From positions 32,308,437 through 32,372,436 of the forward strand of contig NC_092672.1 in assembly GCF_964355755.1 (NCBI RefSeq): a stretch of 64,000 nt of DNA. The letters run 5' to 3'. The position numbers were made by a program, and so were the translations under genes. This DNA is from Antedon mediterranea (lineage: Eukaryota; Animalia; Echinodermata). Below the pieces are notes generated by a model. The model saw only the letters and a program-made list of their open reading frames with translations, did not search any database and was not told the DNA's origin. Positions 1 through 12,560 of the stretch are shown piece by piece (positions within the stretch are counted from its first letter, which is position 1; the number at the start of each line of letters is the position of its first letter).

Positions 1-320
1 ATTTATTACACGCCTGGGCCTAACAAAAATAATCAATTATTATTAATAATAATCCGATCTTTTATGTTTTTTTAATATAATGATTGCAATAAAGATTATT
101 TTTAATATATTATTAATATTGTGTATTGTTATTAATTTTATTATTTAAACAAAATTAAATATTACTTTATAAGCATAATAGAGGTCTAGACATTACATGT
201 TGTTCTATTATTGGATTTATGCCCACCTGATATATTATAGTATGCAAAGCATGTATAATAATGTAACCCGAAAAACCTAGGCCTATAGCTTAGCTAGCGT
301 AGGCCTAGACTCAAACTTAC

Positions 321-353
321 TCTGAAAATATTCAGCAACCGCCGATTCAGCAT
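321..353 (-). CDS. Possible first coding exon (MLNRRLLNIFR) of a gene running off the left edge
   Basis: ATG at 353 followed by 11 codons and a consensus GTAAGT donor (320-315). The Arg/Leu-rich peptide resembles a transit peptide. A CpG-richer stretch lies upstream at about 590-740. No homology evidence. Confidence 0.3.
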
Positions 354-782
354 ACCACCTCATCAAACAAAACCAGCAAAACAGCCACGGTAAGGAAAAT
401 ACTTTCGCTGTTCTTCTACAGTCCAAATTCATTGTTTTACTAGACTACCCTACTAGTAGCCTAAATCGACCCAAGGAAATAACATCGTAGGCCTATATTA
501 TACACCAATACAACAAGTAGTAAATACAATTACACAAAATCAAATGTAAATTTCATTTACGCCATAAATATAGGTCAAATCTCAAGGTTATTGCGAATTG
601 CTCGGTCTGCATGTGTGGTTGTCTTCGTGTTGATAAATACGTGACCTTGTGAATCTCCCGTTGTTTTGTTTTGTATAGATGATTGACATTTCCGGTGGTC
701 CTGGTGATCAATGGAGCGTATCGACTTCTCGCGCTGGTTTTAAAAATTCTTTCTTTTTAATTTCAATTGTTGTATATTAATT

Positions 783-1236
783 TAAACATAGAGATACTAT
801 AGTTCACTATAATATCTCTATGATTAAACATTATCCAATCTCCAAACATCTCTACTATTAGTATTACTGCATCGATCTTTTAATAACATCAGTGACATTC
901 ACTCACAATTTGTCACGTCATAGTCTATATGGAGGTTATACCTCCATGGTCTATTGATGATGATTAAGAATTGTGTTGTACATTGTAATGTATGTAAAGA
1001 CATAGAGGTAGTATAGTTCACTATAAATATCTCTATGATTTAAATATTATCCAATCTCCAAACATCTACTATTATTACTGCATCGATATTTTATTAACAT
1101 CAGTGACATTCACCATGGATTAAAGTTAGGCCTACATGCATTCACTCACAAGTTGTCTATTGATAATGAGGAATTGTTTAACATTGCAATATAGTTTGTA
1201 AAGACATAGAGTGAACTATAATAATATCTTTATGGT
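783..1236. repeat. Local ~215-bp duplication with a small ACATAGAG...CTCTATG hairpin at the start of each unit
   Basis: 783-900 is repeated at about 997-1112 (acatagag..tatagttcactata..atatctctatgatt..ttatccaatctccaaacatct). A third hairpin copy is at about 1203-1235. Confidence 0.6.
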
Positions 1237-3180
1237 AAAGAATATTAGTAGGGCCTACTTTATGAATTTTATCTTGAAGCTAAATGTTGCTGTCCGGCTA
1301 AAGCCCGTTTCACACTGGATTGGATCAGTGTTTCGCCCACGTACAAAATTGTTTTTTTAATTAGGCTAATCTTAAATAAACATAAATATTAATTGTACTT
1401 AAAAATAATATAAAGTACGATAGTCCTTTATATTAAATGAATTTTCAGATGAAAATGTGCTAGTCGGGTTCAACAGATACAATATAAAAATATATTTCTC
1501 CGGCCCTTTTTTAAGATAAAATTAATTTATTATTAGTAAATATTAAAATGATATTTTTGTACTTTAAAGTACTTCAAGTCCATTTTGAATTTTAATAATA
1601 ATTAATAAATCAAATAATTACATTTAAAAACCTATTTATCATGACTGATCAAAATGTCCCGTACCGTACTTAACATGCCCCGTACGCCACAGGAGTATGT
1701 TTTGCTAATTTTTCATTACGGTACATAATCACTATTATTTTATATTTGCATATGGTAACTTGATAAATGTAGCATGCATGTACCTCATCAATATATTCAA
1801 TGCCCTCTTACTTTCAGAGACCTTTGACTGCAATTTCCTCTGGTACCGTACGGTCACAAATATGTTAATTAGCAAACAATTTCGTTAATGGATGAAAAAT
1901 TATTTGTATATATTTCGTATATATAAAGAGGTACCAATAATAAGTATAAGTAAAGTTTAAGTGTTGCAAAAAAAAAACAGACTAGGGATGATGTTGACTG
2001 GATAAAAGCATATTTTAGTCTTTATATCCCGTACGTCACACCGTTCAAATAGCTTGGATCTGCCATTCTAAGAATAGGCCCTACTGTTATTTGAAATAAA
2101 GAATGATTAAACTTGAAGAATACTATTTAAGGGACCACATTATTATCATTGTGATGTGATAGCCTTTGAAGATGGGCAACAAACAGGTAAGCATTTGTCA
2201 TTTCATTACAATTATGGGCTCCTTTGAAAGGGGGAAAAAACACATTACAATATAAATTAGGAACTCCAAAACTCTACCTAAATTTCGTAAGTATAGATTT
2301 ATTTTAACAATAACAATTTTTTTATGTTACTTATAGTTAATGTTATTTTTTATTTAAATCAAGAAAAAGTGAACTTGCTGGGTTCATCATTCTAGGTCTT
2401 GCTTACTTACTTTTTGCATCTCTTTGAAACCTCACTCGGTTGAACATCAATTTTTACACATGATTTTAAATTGGGAATTGCGGCCTTATAAGCAAACGTG
2501 TATCAAAATCTGGCCTATTTTTCTACCAAACATATTGTAATCTGACATTTTCAGAGTGCTCTATTTAAAAAAATATTCTTACCTCAACCTCAACCGCATG
2601 GTGGGGCTGAATTCCTGGAAACTCAACTTATGTCATATTGTTTTTTTCGTAAGTGAAGAAGATTTTGAATTCACAATTTAAACTGTACAATAATGTTTTT
2701 TTTTAAAAGAGAAATTAAACTAATGGCTTACCATAAAAAATGTATTCTTGTACAAACATCAGTTCTCCTTTCAACTAAAAACTATACTATCTACTAAATT
2801 TTAAAAAATTAAATTCAATCATTATTTTTATATCCACCATACTAAATTAAAAAATACAAAATAGCTACAGTAAATTATATATGGCGATTAATTTTATTTA
2901 ATTTTTTTGCCTTTTCCCCTGAAAAAAAATTAGGTAATAAAAAAAAAATTAAAATGTGAAAAGAAGCTTATTTTAAGAGGAAAATGAATAGAATGTATAC
3001 AAGGAATCTATACAGTTATGAAACAATGTGTTACATTAGTGTTGTATATTTGCAACTGGTAACAAAAATGTTTTTTAAACATAATATTTTTGGACAAAAT
3101 TGGACTGGCAGTTATAGTAAAGCAAACAACGGGCTTTTACATGATTAGGCCTACTGAGATGAATTGAATCTATTGTGGCA

Positions 3181-4953
3181 TTAATAGTTAAATATTTTGA
3201 CACATTTTCTTTCGTATTTTATTCCTATGACTTTTACACCTTGGACATTTGTTTTATAGTTTAATACTGCTACTCGTCTTGGTTTGGTTGACATTACTGT
3301 GATTCCTCTAGGACAGTTTAACCCATCATCTACATCATCTATTCTTGTTATGAAAACTCCATTTTTATCAAATAATTGAAGTTTTTGCTCACTTGATACT
3401 ATTATGTTTTCATCCATATCCATTGTGATGCTATGAGGGCGCCAAACCTTCCCATCTCCATGACCACACCTAACAACAGTTTTTACTAAGGTGCCGTTTG
3501 GATCAAACATTTGTATTTTATTATTCCCAGTATCAGTAACCAGCAAATTTCCTTCTTTGGTTAAGGTGACATCTTGTGGTTCTATGAGTCCATATAAAAA
3601 AACACCCTTTGGCCCTATTTTACTCATCAATTTACCATCTTCAATATTAAATTTAAAAACACAATGAACTTCACTGTCAGCAACATACAACATGTTGGTT
3701 TCATCGTTTATTACCAAACCCTCTGGAGACTTCAATATTCCTTTACCAAACTCAGTAGACGCTCTCAGCGTCCAAACACACTTTCCTACTTTATCACTAA
3801 ACATAATGTCACCATTACTCATTGAATACATTCTGTTGACGTCATGTTCACATTCTGTTTTACCTACAAATTTACCCGATTGATCAAACTTCAATAACTC
3901 TTGACTACAGCTTGAAACTAAGATACAGCCATCTGAATCTAATTCTACATCGCATATTCTGTCTTCGTTATCGGCTGCTTTGTGGAATGCAATAGTGTCA
4001 ATGAAATGCACCAGTCCGGGCGATTCCACGTTGATGTTTACTGGAGAACCTTGGACATTGGCTAAATCAGCAGTGACCTCCATCTTCCAGTCACCTTTCA
4101 CATTACATCTACCTTTCATCTTATACTCTCCACATCCCATGTACTCTATCTCATCAATGGATCTTTTTTCACCTGACGGAGTTATCATGGTAGCAGCTAC
4201 CTTACATGCATCATTTTCATCCAGAGTTTTTACCTTGATTGCCAATGATTGTCCCTTTGTTACTGTAATGGATCTATCATCTTCATCAATGATGTAACTG
4301 TTGTTGACACTTTGAATTCTACCAAGACCCCTCATGATAACATCATCCAGTTGTGTATTTATTACGAACGTTGGTGTAACTGTCAGACATTTGATATTTC
4401 TTGATTTAATGTCCTTGTTATTTTCTTTAACTTCATCGATATTCGACTTGAACTCATCTAGATTGTTTACCTTTCCTGGGAAATCTCTCAGTGCTGTAAC
4501 TGATGTCTTCAAACTTTGCACTTCCATTTGGTGTGTTTCTAGCTCTTCCACATGACTTTTAATGGCGTCATTCTTTTGTTTACATTTCTTTTCAAGATCC
4601 AACAATAGTTTTTTACCTTCTTCTCTAACTTTCCTAACAGTAGCCTCTGTATGCGTTTCAATAGCTGTTTTTGTGTATTCTGAATGTAATGTAAATTTTC
4701 CCTTATTTTCCATTATTGAATTGTATGTCGCATCTAATTCCAGTTTGATGTCATTCACGGCTGTGAGAACTTCATCTACTCTTTGGTTACAATTATCTAT
4801 GGCAAGCTCTATCGGTTCTGTATTATGATTATCATAACAATTCATGAAATGCTCACATTCCTTGCATGCACATTTGCTACAAGTTGTACAAAACATGTTT
4901 AACTTGTGTTCTGGATGGTGTTGGCATCTGCGGTGTATTTCTTGACTTGACAT
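3181..4953 (-). CDS. TRIM2/TRIM3-like protein (B-box2, coiled coil, filamin/Ig repeat, NHL beta-propeller); no RING in this exon
   Basis: 590-aa uninterrupted ORF. B-box CQHH..FCTTCSKCACKECEH..HN, helical coiled-coil region, filamin-type GEYK..GDWKMEV..VQGSP, NHL repeats (PEGLVIN..LYVADS, PQDVTLT..LLVTDTGNNKIQMF, PHSITMD, PRGITV), typical ..VKIFNY end. The ATG is directly preceded by a TTTACAG acceptor. Confidence 0.88.
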   Translation of the reverse strand: MSSQEIHRRCQHHPEHKLNMFCTTCSKCACKECEHFMNCYDNHNTEPIELAIDNCNQRVDEVLTAVNDIKLELDATYNSIMENKGKFTLHSEYTKTAIETHTEATVRKVREEGKKLLLDLEKKCKQKNDAIKSHVEELETHQMEVQSLKTSVTALRDFPGKVNNLDEFKSNIDEVKENNKDIKSRNIKCLTVTPTFVINTQLDDVIMRGLGRIQSVNNSYIIDEDDRSITVTKGQSLAIKVKTLDENDACKVAATMITPSGEKRSIDEIEYMGCGEYKMKGRCNVKGDWKMEVTADLANVQGSPVNINVESPGLVHFIDTIAFHKAADNEDRICDVELDSDGCILVSSCSQELLKFDQSGKFVGKTECEHDVNRMYSMSNGDIMFSDKVGKCVWTLRASTEFGKGILKSPEGLVINDETNMLYVADSEVHCVFKFNIEDGKLMSKIGPKGVFLYGLIEPQDVTLTKEGNLLVTDTGNNKIQMFDPNGTLVKTVVRCGHGDGKVWRPHSITMDMDENIIVSSEQKLQLFDKNGVFITRIDDVDDGLNCPRGITVMSTKPRRVAVLNYKTNVQGVKVIGIKYERKCVKIFNY

Positions 4954-5816
4954 CTGTAAAAATACAGAATCTTTTTCAAATAGTATTTCGGCATATTTTT
5001 CTATTGTGTTTTAATCAACCAGATTATCAAAACATTCTTAACTTGACTTTATTGTTTTAGGAATCACATGATACTGCAAACCTTTACATTATGCCTATTA
5101 TTAATTACTCCTTTTTTGTCACACAATTTTTATGGTACAAATTCGCATTCCAAAATCAGATATCCAGAACTTACTCAAAAATGCATTCTGACACTATTTT
5201 GCTACATATACACTATGTTTGAGTGGAAGAACTTATAACTTTGTAAACTAACCTTTGTTTTGTCGATAGTAAATAATTCCTCTTCGTATAGTTTATAGTT
5301 CTGCAGGAGTATGTGGTTGTTGTATGCGATATGCGCAACTTTACATTCACGCACAACTCAACCTTTACAACTAGCAACTTTGTTATGATAACTATGTATT
5401 GTTGAACGTGGAAAATGTATTTTTGAAAATCAATTCCTTTTGTTCAATTCCAGTTAATTCATTGTTAATTTTATTTGTCCCAAAAGAAATCGTATTGACA
5501 TACGATCGATCGATTTATTTTTCAGACAAGGAACTTGATGAAATATCTGTTTGTGTAATGCGTTGTTAACGACCATTCAATGGGGTGTTTCGAAAACCTA
5601 AAACTGCTCAATATTACGTTAAGGCCCGTCTCTGTTTCCGATTTTTTTCAAACATGTAATTCGTTGGGATCGTCGGCATTTGTACCTGATTTTAAATCCC
5701 ATATCTCTTTAAATTAAAAGCGCAGGAGAGTGCAGGAGTATTTGGAGGAATCCCGTTCTGATATCGGATCGTCGTATGATCCGATCTCAAAAAGACATGC
5801 CTGGTGCAACGTTTAA

Positions 5817-6028
5817 AGATATTTGTCCCCGTGAACAAATATTTTTGTTGAATGCCATTTAATCACTTTGACCAAAAATTATTTACCTGAAAAACTGTAA
5901 TAAAACAAAAAAATAGTAATATTTGACTGGAAATAATGAGTTTTTGCTCCTTTTTTTGTGAAAACTTTATTATTTAAAATTGATTATTTATTATTCTTTA
6001 TTTCCTGTTTTTAGGGGACAAAACATCT
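5817..6028. mobile_element. MITE with TTAA target-site duplication (Kolobok-like non-autonomous element)
   Basis: TTAA|AGATATTTGTCCCC...GGGGACAAAACATCT|TTAA. The same right end recurs at about 32400-32417. TTAA TSD with purine-purine termini fits Kolobok. Confidence 0.6.
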
Positions 6029-6384
6029 TTAATGTAACGTAAATATCTTTGACCAAAAATTGGAACCCCGTAATTTAAAGAAAAAAATCAAACTGAATAA
6101 AAATTATTATTATATTATTATTTTTTTTTTTATTTTGTTTATCCGAACGTCTGAGTAAGAAACATAGTTTGTACTTTGTACTACTTTTTTTCTTTACACC
6201 ATTATGAAAGGCAAAAATATTACAGTAATTAAATATTACGCTTATTTTACTTCTAAATCAATGGTTTAATTTTATTTTATGAGAAATACTGCACGTATAT
6301 AGATCAACCCGTCTGTCGACGACACCTCTTAATTTAGAGTAACTACCCGCCCTCTCTAGTCCGCCACCGTACAACGTCAACAAC

Positions 6385-9300
6385 ATGGCTGATCGAGGAG
6401 GAGTGAGAAAACGTACCAAGAAACGAGAGGTAAAAACATAAAATGCGATGAATAATATTAAAATTGAAGATAATAATGTTTATTTGAATTACTAAGTTAA
6501 ATAAAAGTTATCACAGAATGTTTTATAATAACTTTGACTAGGAATTGCACAACAATTTATATCACCATCTGTGATTTCCCCACAAAAACGAGACGAATCG
6601 ACGTCGTATTCTCCAAACGGGTTCTACCTAACTATGTCTCACTAACTAGTCAACTCGTACCACTTACTAGTCAATTCGTACCACATTATCATCAATTAAA
6701 ATATGGCAATTCAGTGTCTAAAATCGATCTGAGGAGTGGATATTTTTCTTTATTTTAATTTCATTAGTATTAGTATGCCTAATATTTATTTCAGGAAACT
6801 GACCATGAAAAGCCCACGAAGGAAGAGACGAAAGTTGCTAAATATTTAAGATTTCAACTTCCAACAAAGAAGACAACATTCATGCAGGATACGGTAGAGT
6901 ACTTCACAGGTACAGAATCTATGTCATCATATAGATTGTTTGTATTGGTTTTTCTTTTCTTAAGGCCTAGCAAGTGTAGGAATGCAAACTTCCCAACGTT
7001 AGAGATCCAACACTCAATTTTATGCACTTGTCAATTAATGACCAACGACCCCCAGGAGAGGTGCATCATGGATGCTTCATTTACAAATAATTGACGTCAC
7101 CTAAAAGTAAGTCTATATTTTTTACACATGGGTGCTTCATGGTATTCATGACGAATTTTGGACAAATGACGCATCTCTCCCTGGAGCAGTCCAAAAATGC
7201 CTCTAGGGACCTCAAAGATGCCAGTCAGTTTTAAAATTGGTTATTGTGTTTTATTCATTAACTATTCTATTTATTAGGTTCCAAAGCTGTGGATTTTCTT
7301 CTTGATTCAAAATGGGCAACTAGTAAAAAGGGTACCGATGCACTATTCACCAACAGACAATCCGTTGTTGCTTACATGAACAGGTAAACAAATTGTTTTT
7401 ATTTATTTAAGTTAATTTATCACTGAATTGTCAGTTCAGTTTGTTATCTTAGCTTGAAGCAAAAAAGGAAACCAACCTGATGTTTCACCTCCAGTCAATT
7501 TAGAAGCTTTCAATTTGCAATGACCCGACCTAGAAGAAAAGCTAGGTCAGGTTAATCTATGTGTCATCAGCCAGTCATTGCCTGGACTAAGAAACCATCA
7601 AAACTGTCTTGAGGTGGTGAGCGAAGAAGCGCATCCCAACTATAACAAATGCCCACAATGAATTGACATGACCTAGATGTTGTCGGTCATCTCAAATCAA
7701 AAGCTCCCTAGTAACAACTGACATCTTCACCTTGTGTAATTACAGCAATCATTTAAGTATGGTTTTGGGAATGTATTAAGTGTCTATTCCTATAAAGAGA
7801 ACGCATCAGGTTTTACAGAATTATTTTTTTCAAAGATGGAATTCTTTTAAATTTTGTTTTTGATAGGTTGTTAAAGAAACGGATGTTCTATAGGACGATA
7901 AAAACAGTGAAGAGAAAGCGAGAAAAAGATGCCAAAAGCAAGGATAAGGAAGGGAAAGAGAAAGATGGAAAGAAAAAAGAAACAAAATCAAAAGATAAAG
8001 AAACAAAATTGAAAGATAAGGAAACAAAATCAAAGGATAAGGAAGCAAAATCAAAAGATAAAGAAACAAAATCGAAAGCTAAAGAAGCTAAAAAGAAGGA
8101 AGAAGTGGATGAAAAGAAAGAAAAAAAGCAAGAGAAGAAGAAAGAAGACAACAAGGAGGAGGAAGAAAGTAAAGTAAGTATGCAAGCTCGTAGCTAAGAT
8201 TTTAAACTCTCTCCAAATCATCCCCTCCCCACCACTTTAGATAAATTGAAATATTTTATTTATACTGGGCGACCTCTTCAGTCAAAGACTGGTCTCCCAG
8301 AGGGCCCAGTTATGATCAGTGGCTGTGATGTACTAATACACCAGGGTTACCCCCTACTCGTCTCGAAAGATGTACTAGGTTCTATAAGGTGCACACGAGC
8401 TAGATGTGTACACTGGACCTACGTTTTATACTTCTTATCCGAGAACCACCACCAGAACCATGGAGTGAGTGAGCTTTGAACCCCTGCCTATGTTATGGCT
8501 ACGTAATTACGGTTCCACTGTCTTAACCGCTCGGCCACTCACTCTCTCACATACTCAATAAAATAGTTCCTTATATTTATTCAATCATTATTTATAGGAA
8601 GAAAGTGAAACAAAGAAAGGAAAGAAAAAAGTGGTTTTGGACTGGACAGATCAACAGATCTTCAAAGATAATTTAGACGTGAGTAATTTACCTTTTATTC
8701 TAACATGCATGTGAAGCCAGATACAATATACATATTTATGTATACTCGATTTGATTTTTGTCATGCTATATATATATAACTATAAATTTTTTCATTTCAG
8801 GCATATGTTTGGGTGTTTGACCCTATTAAGACCTCCCATTATATACTTGGTTTTACTCTAGGTAAGTGTAAATTTGTAATTAAAGATTATTTAATGAAAT
8901 CAGATTTGCAAAGAGCACTCATTGCAAATGCCATAATGAATGAGTTATCTGTAAAAGAGTACATAAGGCCTATAGGCTTAGTTTACCCGCTAAATTGGCT
9001 TCATGGACCAAGTATAGCCTGAAGGGGGGGCCATAATGTGGTTTACTTCAGCAACTTAAGGGTCTATAATGAGATTTTTTTCAGCAACTTAAGGGTCTAA
9101 ATGTGATTATTTTTCAGCAACTTTAGGGCCTATAATGTGATTTGTTTTCAGTAACTTAAGGGCCTATTATGTAATATTTTTTCAGCAACTTAAGGGCCTA
9201 TAATGTGATTAATTTTTTTCAGCAACTTAAGAGATCTTTTTATTTGACCAATTGTATTTTCTGTTATTGTAACTGCTCTACTTTATAAAACAATTTTTTT

Positions 9301-10241
9301 AAATGAAACTTTATGGAGAGATATGTAATACGTAGAAACCATGTTTTGTTTATTAGTGATCGCTGCAATTGGTATCTGTATTTACCCACTGTGGCCACCG
9401 GAGATAAAAATTGGAACTTACTACTTGAGTTTGGTTGGCGTTGGATTAGTTGGAAGTATTGTTGTTCTTGGTATTTGTAAGTATTTTTTTCACTTGTTTT
9501 TCCAACTTATATGATCATTTATGCATCATATATTTTAAGCACATATTCTCCGCGGTGCGCAGGATTTGTTAAGGGGTGTGGAACTGATTGTGTCGCAGCC
9601 ACAGATAAACCCTTTTCTTCAAAAGCAATGTGGTAGCCTTTCGTTTCCATGAAGCAGCAAGTAACTAAAGTGTACTGTCAAACTATCATTCTGCTCATAC
9701 TCAAAAACATGTACGCATGTGTAAAAAGCTACTGACAAGCATCACTTAATGTAAGCAACCTCCTGTAGCCTACATCCCATAATAACATGGACATTTTTTC
9801 CATTTTCTTTCACTAATTTCTATATTTGCAGTTCGTTTGATACTTTTTTCAATTCTGTGGGCCGTTACATTTGGAAAACTTTACTTTTGGCTGTTTCCAA
9901 ATCTGTTTGAAGATGTCAGTGTACAGGAATCATTCCAACCAATTTACACGAAAGAATGGCGTGCTAAAAATAAAGAAAATGACCAAAAGGATGATGAAAA
10001 AGAAGATGAAAAAGAGAATGAAAAAGACGAGGAAAAAGACGATGAAAAAGATGATGAACAAGATGATGAACAAGAAGATGGTGCTGAAACGCAGGAAGAT
10101 AATAACAAAGAAAAAGAAGACTCCAAAGATGAAGAAGGGGATAAAACTGAATCGGAAGAAAATAATGGATCAGAAAAAGAAGGAAGCCAGAATGATTTTG
10201 AAGTTATCGAGAAAGAGGAGATTTCTGCTGTTGAAGAATAA
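6385..10241 (+). CDS. SEC62: Translocation protein SEC62 (8 coding exons)
   Basis: Exons 6385-6429, 6795-6909, 7278-7383, 7867-8173, 8598-8678, 8801-8861, 9357-9476, 9832-10241, all GT-AG and in phase. Motifs VAKYLRF, GSKAVDFLLDSKWA, AYVWVFDP, YPLWP, FWLFPNLFEDV..SFQPIY, Lys-rich insert, acidic tail with NDFEVI. Confidence 0.96.
8255..8545 (-). mobile_element. tRNA-derived SINE in SEC62 intron 4
   Basis: The minus strand begins GAGTGAGTGGCCGAGCGGTTAAG (A box) ... GGGGTTCAAAGCTCACTC (B box) and ends A-rich. A second, diverged copy is at about 33670-33860. Confidence 0.7.
9035..9232. repeat. Minisatellite, ~33-bp unit x ~6
   Basis: Repeated TTTTCAGCAACTTAAGGGCCTATAATGTGA units in SEC62 intron 6. 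Confidence 0.85.
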
Positions 10242-11796
10242 CATTGAGCTATTATTGTTTTTATTTATTGTATCTGTAATAAACTGCAATGAAAATGTAT
10301 ATAAAAACAATAGACAAAAGGTATAACAGAGATAGTAGTACAGTAATTATTTATTATTCACAAGATATCTGTTGTTATCTGATATGTTAATTTCAATCTA
10401 TACATTTCCAAAAATGCAATTAGAATTTGTTCATGTACCAAGCAGCCAGTCTAATTTAAATTTTAAATCTTTCAAACACTAAAAAAATCTACTGTATTTT
10501 CAAAAATAGATGTCTAAGTAATTAAGTTAACGTTTAAGAGCCTTAAACACTTTGTGGATATGTGCGCTTTATAAATCGTATTATCTTATCTTATCTTATG
10601 CTATATTTTTCAATCTATTAAAATAATTATGATAATAATAATTGTTTGTTCCATGTGTTTAAAAATCGTGAACATTGTTTGAAATATCAGGTTTGTATCT
10701 GTGTATCAGGTTCAATCTTCCCTGGTAGAACTTTTGCGATCCCCACATCCAAAACATTTTAAAATTAAGGCTGTATATTTCCTGATACGCCTGTGTGCTC
10801 ATTTATAGCGCTCGAGTTTTAGTTAATGCGTCTTTCTCATAATTTCTTTTACCATATTGGCTATAACTTCTATTGCATCTATTAAGTCTTTGCTACCTAA
10901 AAATAAAGAGTACATTTATGTTTTACTGCATTTTGCGTCGATATGTTGCATATACGTCACTGCGTTGCGTCTAGTGGGAACCAAGCTTTATTCTGATCAA
11001 CGTTTCGAACGTTTTTTCTACATAAATAAAGCCAACACTGATGGGATTTCATGTTAATAAAGTTATAAACAACAAAATCTTTCAATTGAAAGAAAACTTT
11101 AAATTAGTAATTGTAAATTAGTAATTGTAAAAATAAGTTTCTTACAAGTGTATATGATTACAATAGCTACGAAAGTCAAATTACAATTTATTTTTATAAT
11201 ATTTGTTAATATTACTTACAATTACACATTTCATTCATTTTGTTTAGTATTTATAAATATGAAAGTATTTAGTAAACATATTCTCTAGTTTTACCCAAAC
11301 TAACTTGTCAAAATACCGTTTACTGTATTCGTATATTTAAGCAACTAATTATAAATAATTATAAATGTATATAATACCACCGTCTATAAGATCACGGCGC
11401 TTACTCTAGAGTTTCCAATTGTGCTATAGTGAGTGGTAAATAAATGCTCGAAGATGACAAACTATATCATATTTTACGCTTAATTTTGTTATACAACACT
11501 ATACTATACAGTACTACAGTATAAATATTTTATTTTAGATATTATATAACACATAAATAAATTCCTGTCATTTGATTGGACGATTGTGGGTCACATGGCG
11601 TGCAATAGTACGCACTATTAAACGATCGTTTTATAGTACTTTTTTTCGTGTACAAAAAAAAATTCTGTTCGCGTCGCCTCGTTGATATTGTTGTGACGTC
11701 TTTACTCTTTTGTTGTACGCAATGACTTATTTGCATATTTTACGAGTAATTTGTTGCCTAAGCATAACAATAACGTTTCATTATTCACCTCATGCC

Positions 11797-12023
11797 ATTA
11801 TTTGTACCATTACACTCATAAACATTCATTATTTGTACCATTACACTCATAAACATTCATTATTTGTACCATTACACTCATAAACATTCATTATTTGTAC
11901 AATTACACTCATAAACATTCATTATTTGTACCATTACACTCATAAACATTCATTATTTGTACCATTACACTCATAAACATTCATTATTTGTACCATTACA
12001 CTCATAAACATTCATTATTTGTA
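11797..12023. repeat. 31-bp minisatellite x7
   Basis: ATTATTTGTACCATTACACTCATAAACATTC seven times plus a partial unit. The paralogous site (about 18675) has one unit. Confidence 0.95.
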
Positions 12024-12322
12024 TACTATTTTACGATATCAATTATTCTACTGCAGTAACTACATTCTTTAACCTGATTATGCAATTAGCAAACATTTGT
12101 TAATAATCATACTGTGTATTGCATTGATTGACTCATACATTTCTAAACAAATTAAATCATACGTTATTCCAGGCATCATTCCACTTAATGCTCGCAAAAA
12201 CATTCCACCGTAACAGAATACCGCGCAAATTGACGGAATACCGCACAATACCGTACAAACTGATTTGTTTCCTTAATGAAAAACCGTCCAAGTTAATTGC
12301 AATTCAGTAACAATGTCCCTAA

Positions 12323-12501
12323 AGCGTGGTTCCCACTAGCGACGCAACGCAAGGACGTAACGCAACGCAAATGAATTGACCAATCACAAGCGATGGCTTA
12401 TTCGCTTGTGATTGCTAACTGTCTATAACTTCGCTTGTCATTGGTTAAAACGCTTGCGTTGCGTTTACGTCCTTGCGTTACGTTCTAGTGGGAACCAAGC
12501 T
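12323..12501. mobile_element. 179-bp MITE (PIF/Harbinger-like, AGC termini)
   Basis: TIR AGCGTGGTTCCCACTAG...CTAGTGGGAACCAAGCT. Absent from the paralogous site at about 19576 (CCC-TTA-CAGC). A near-identical inverted copy is at 28899-29077. Confidence 0.88.
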
Positions 12502-12560
12502 TTACAGCGCCTTCCTTCTACTTGCATAAAATATCCCATATCGTAGAGTACCAAGAATAC

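Larger units (their letters stand above)
10633..12560. repeat. Segmental duplicate (copy 1) of the iGluR 3' UTR/downstream region 17498-19634
   Basis: Collinear near-identity with 17498-19634. Copy 1 lacks about 560 bp (18869-19428), has an expanded 31-bp tandem repeat and carries a MITE insertion. Confidence 0.92.

Noticed and set aside
3692-4828. Several + strand ORFs of 63-105 aa
   Set aside because: They are antisense shadows of the TRIM-NHL coding sequence.
9871-10326. 151-aa Lys/Met-rich ORF overlapping the last SEC62 exon
   Set aside because: It is the alternative frame of a GA-rich acidic-tail exon; low complexity explains the lack of stops.
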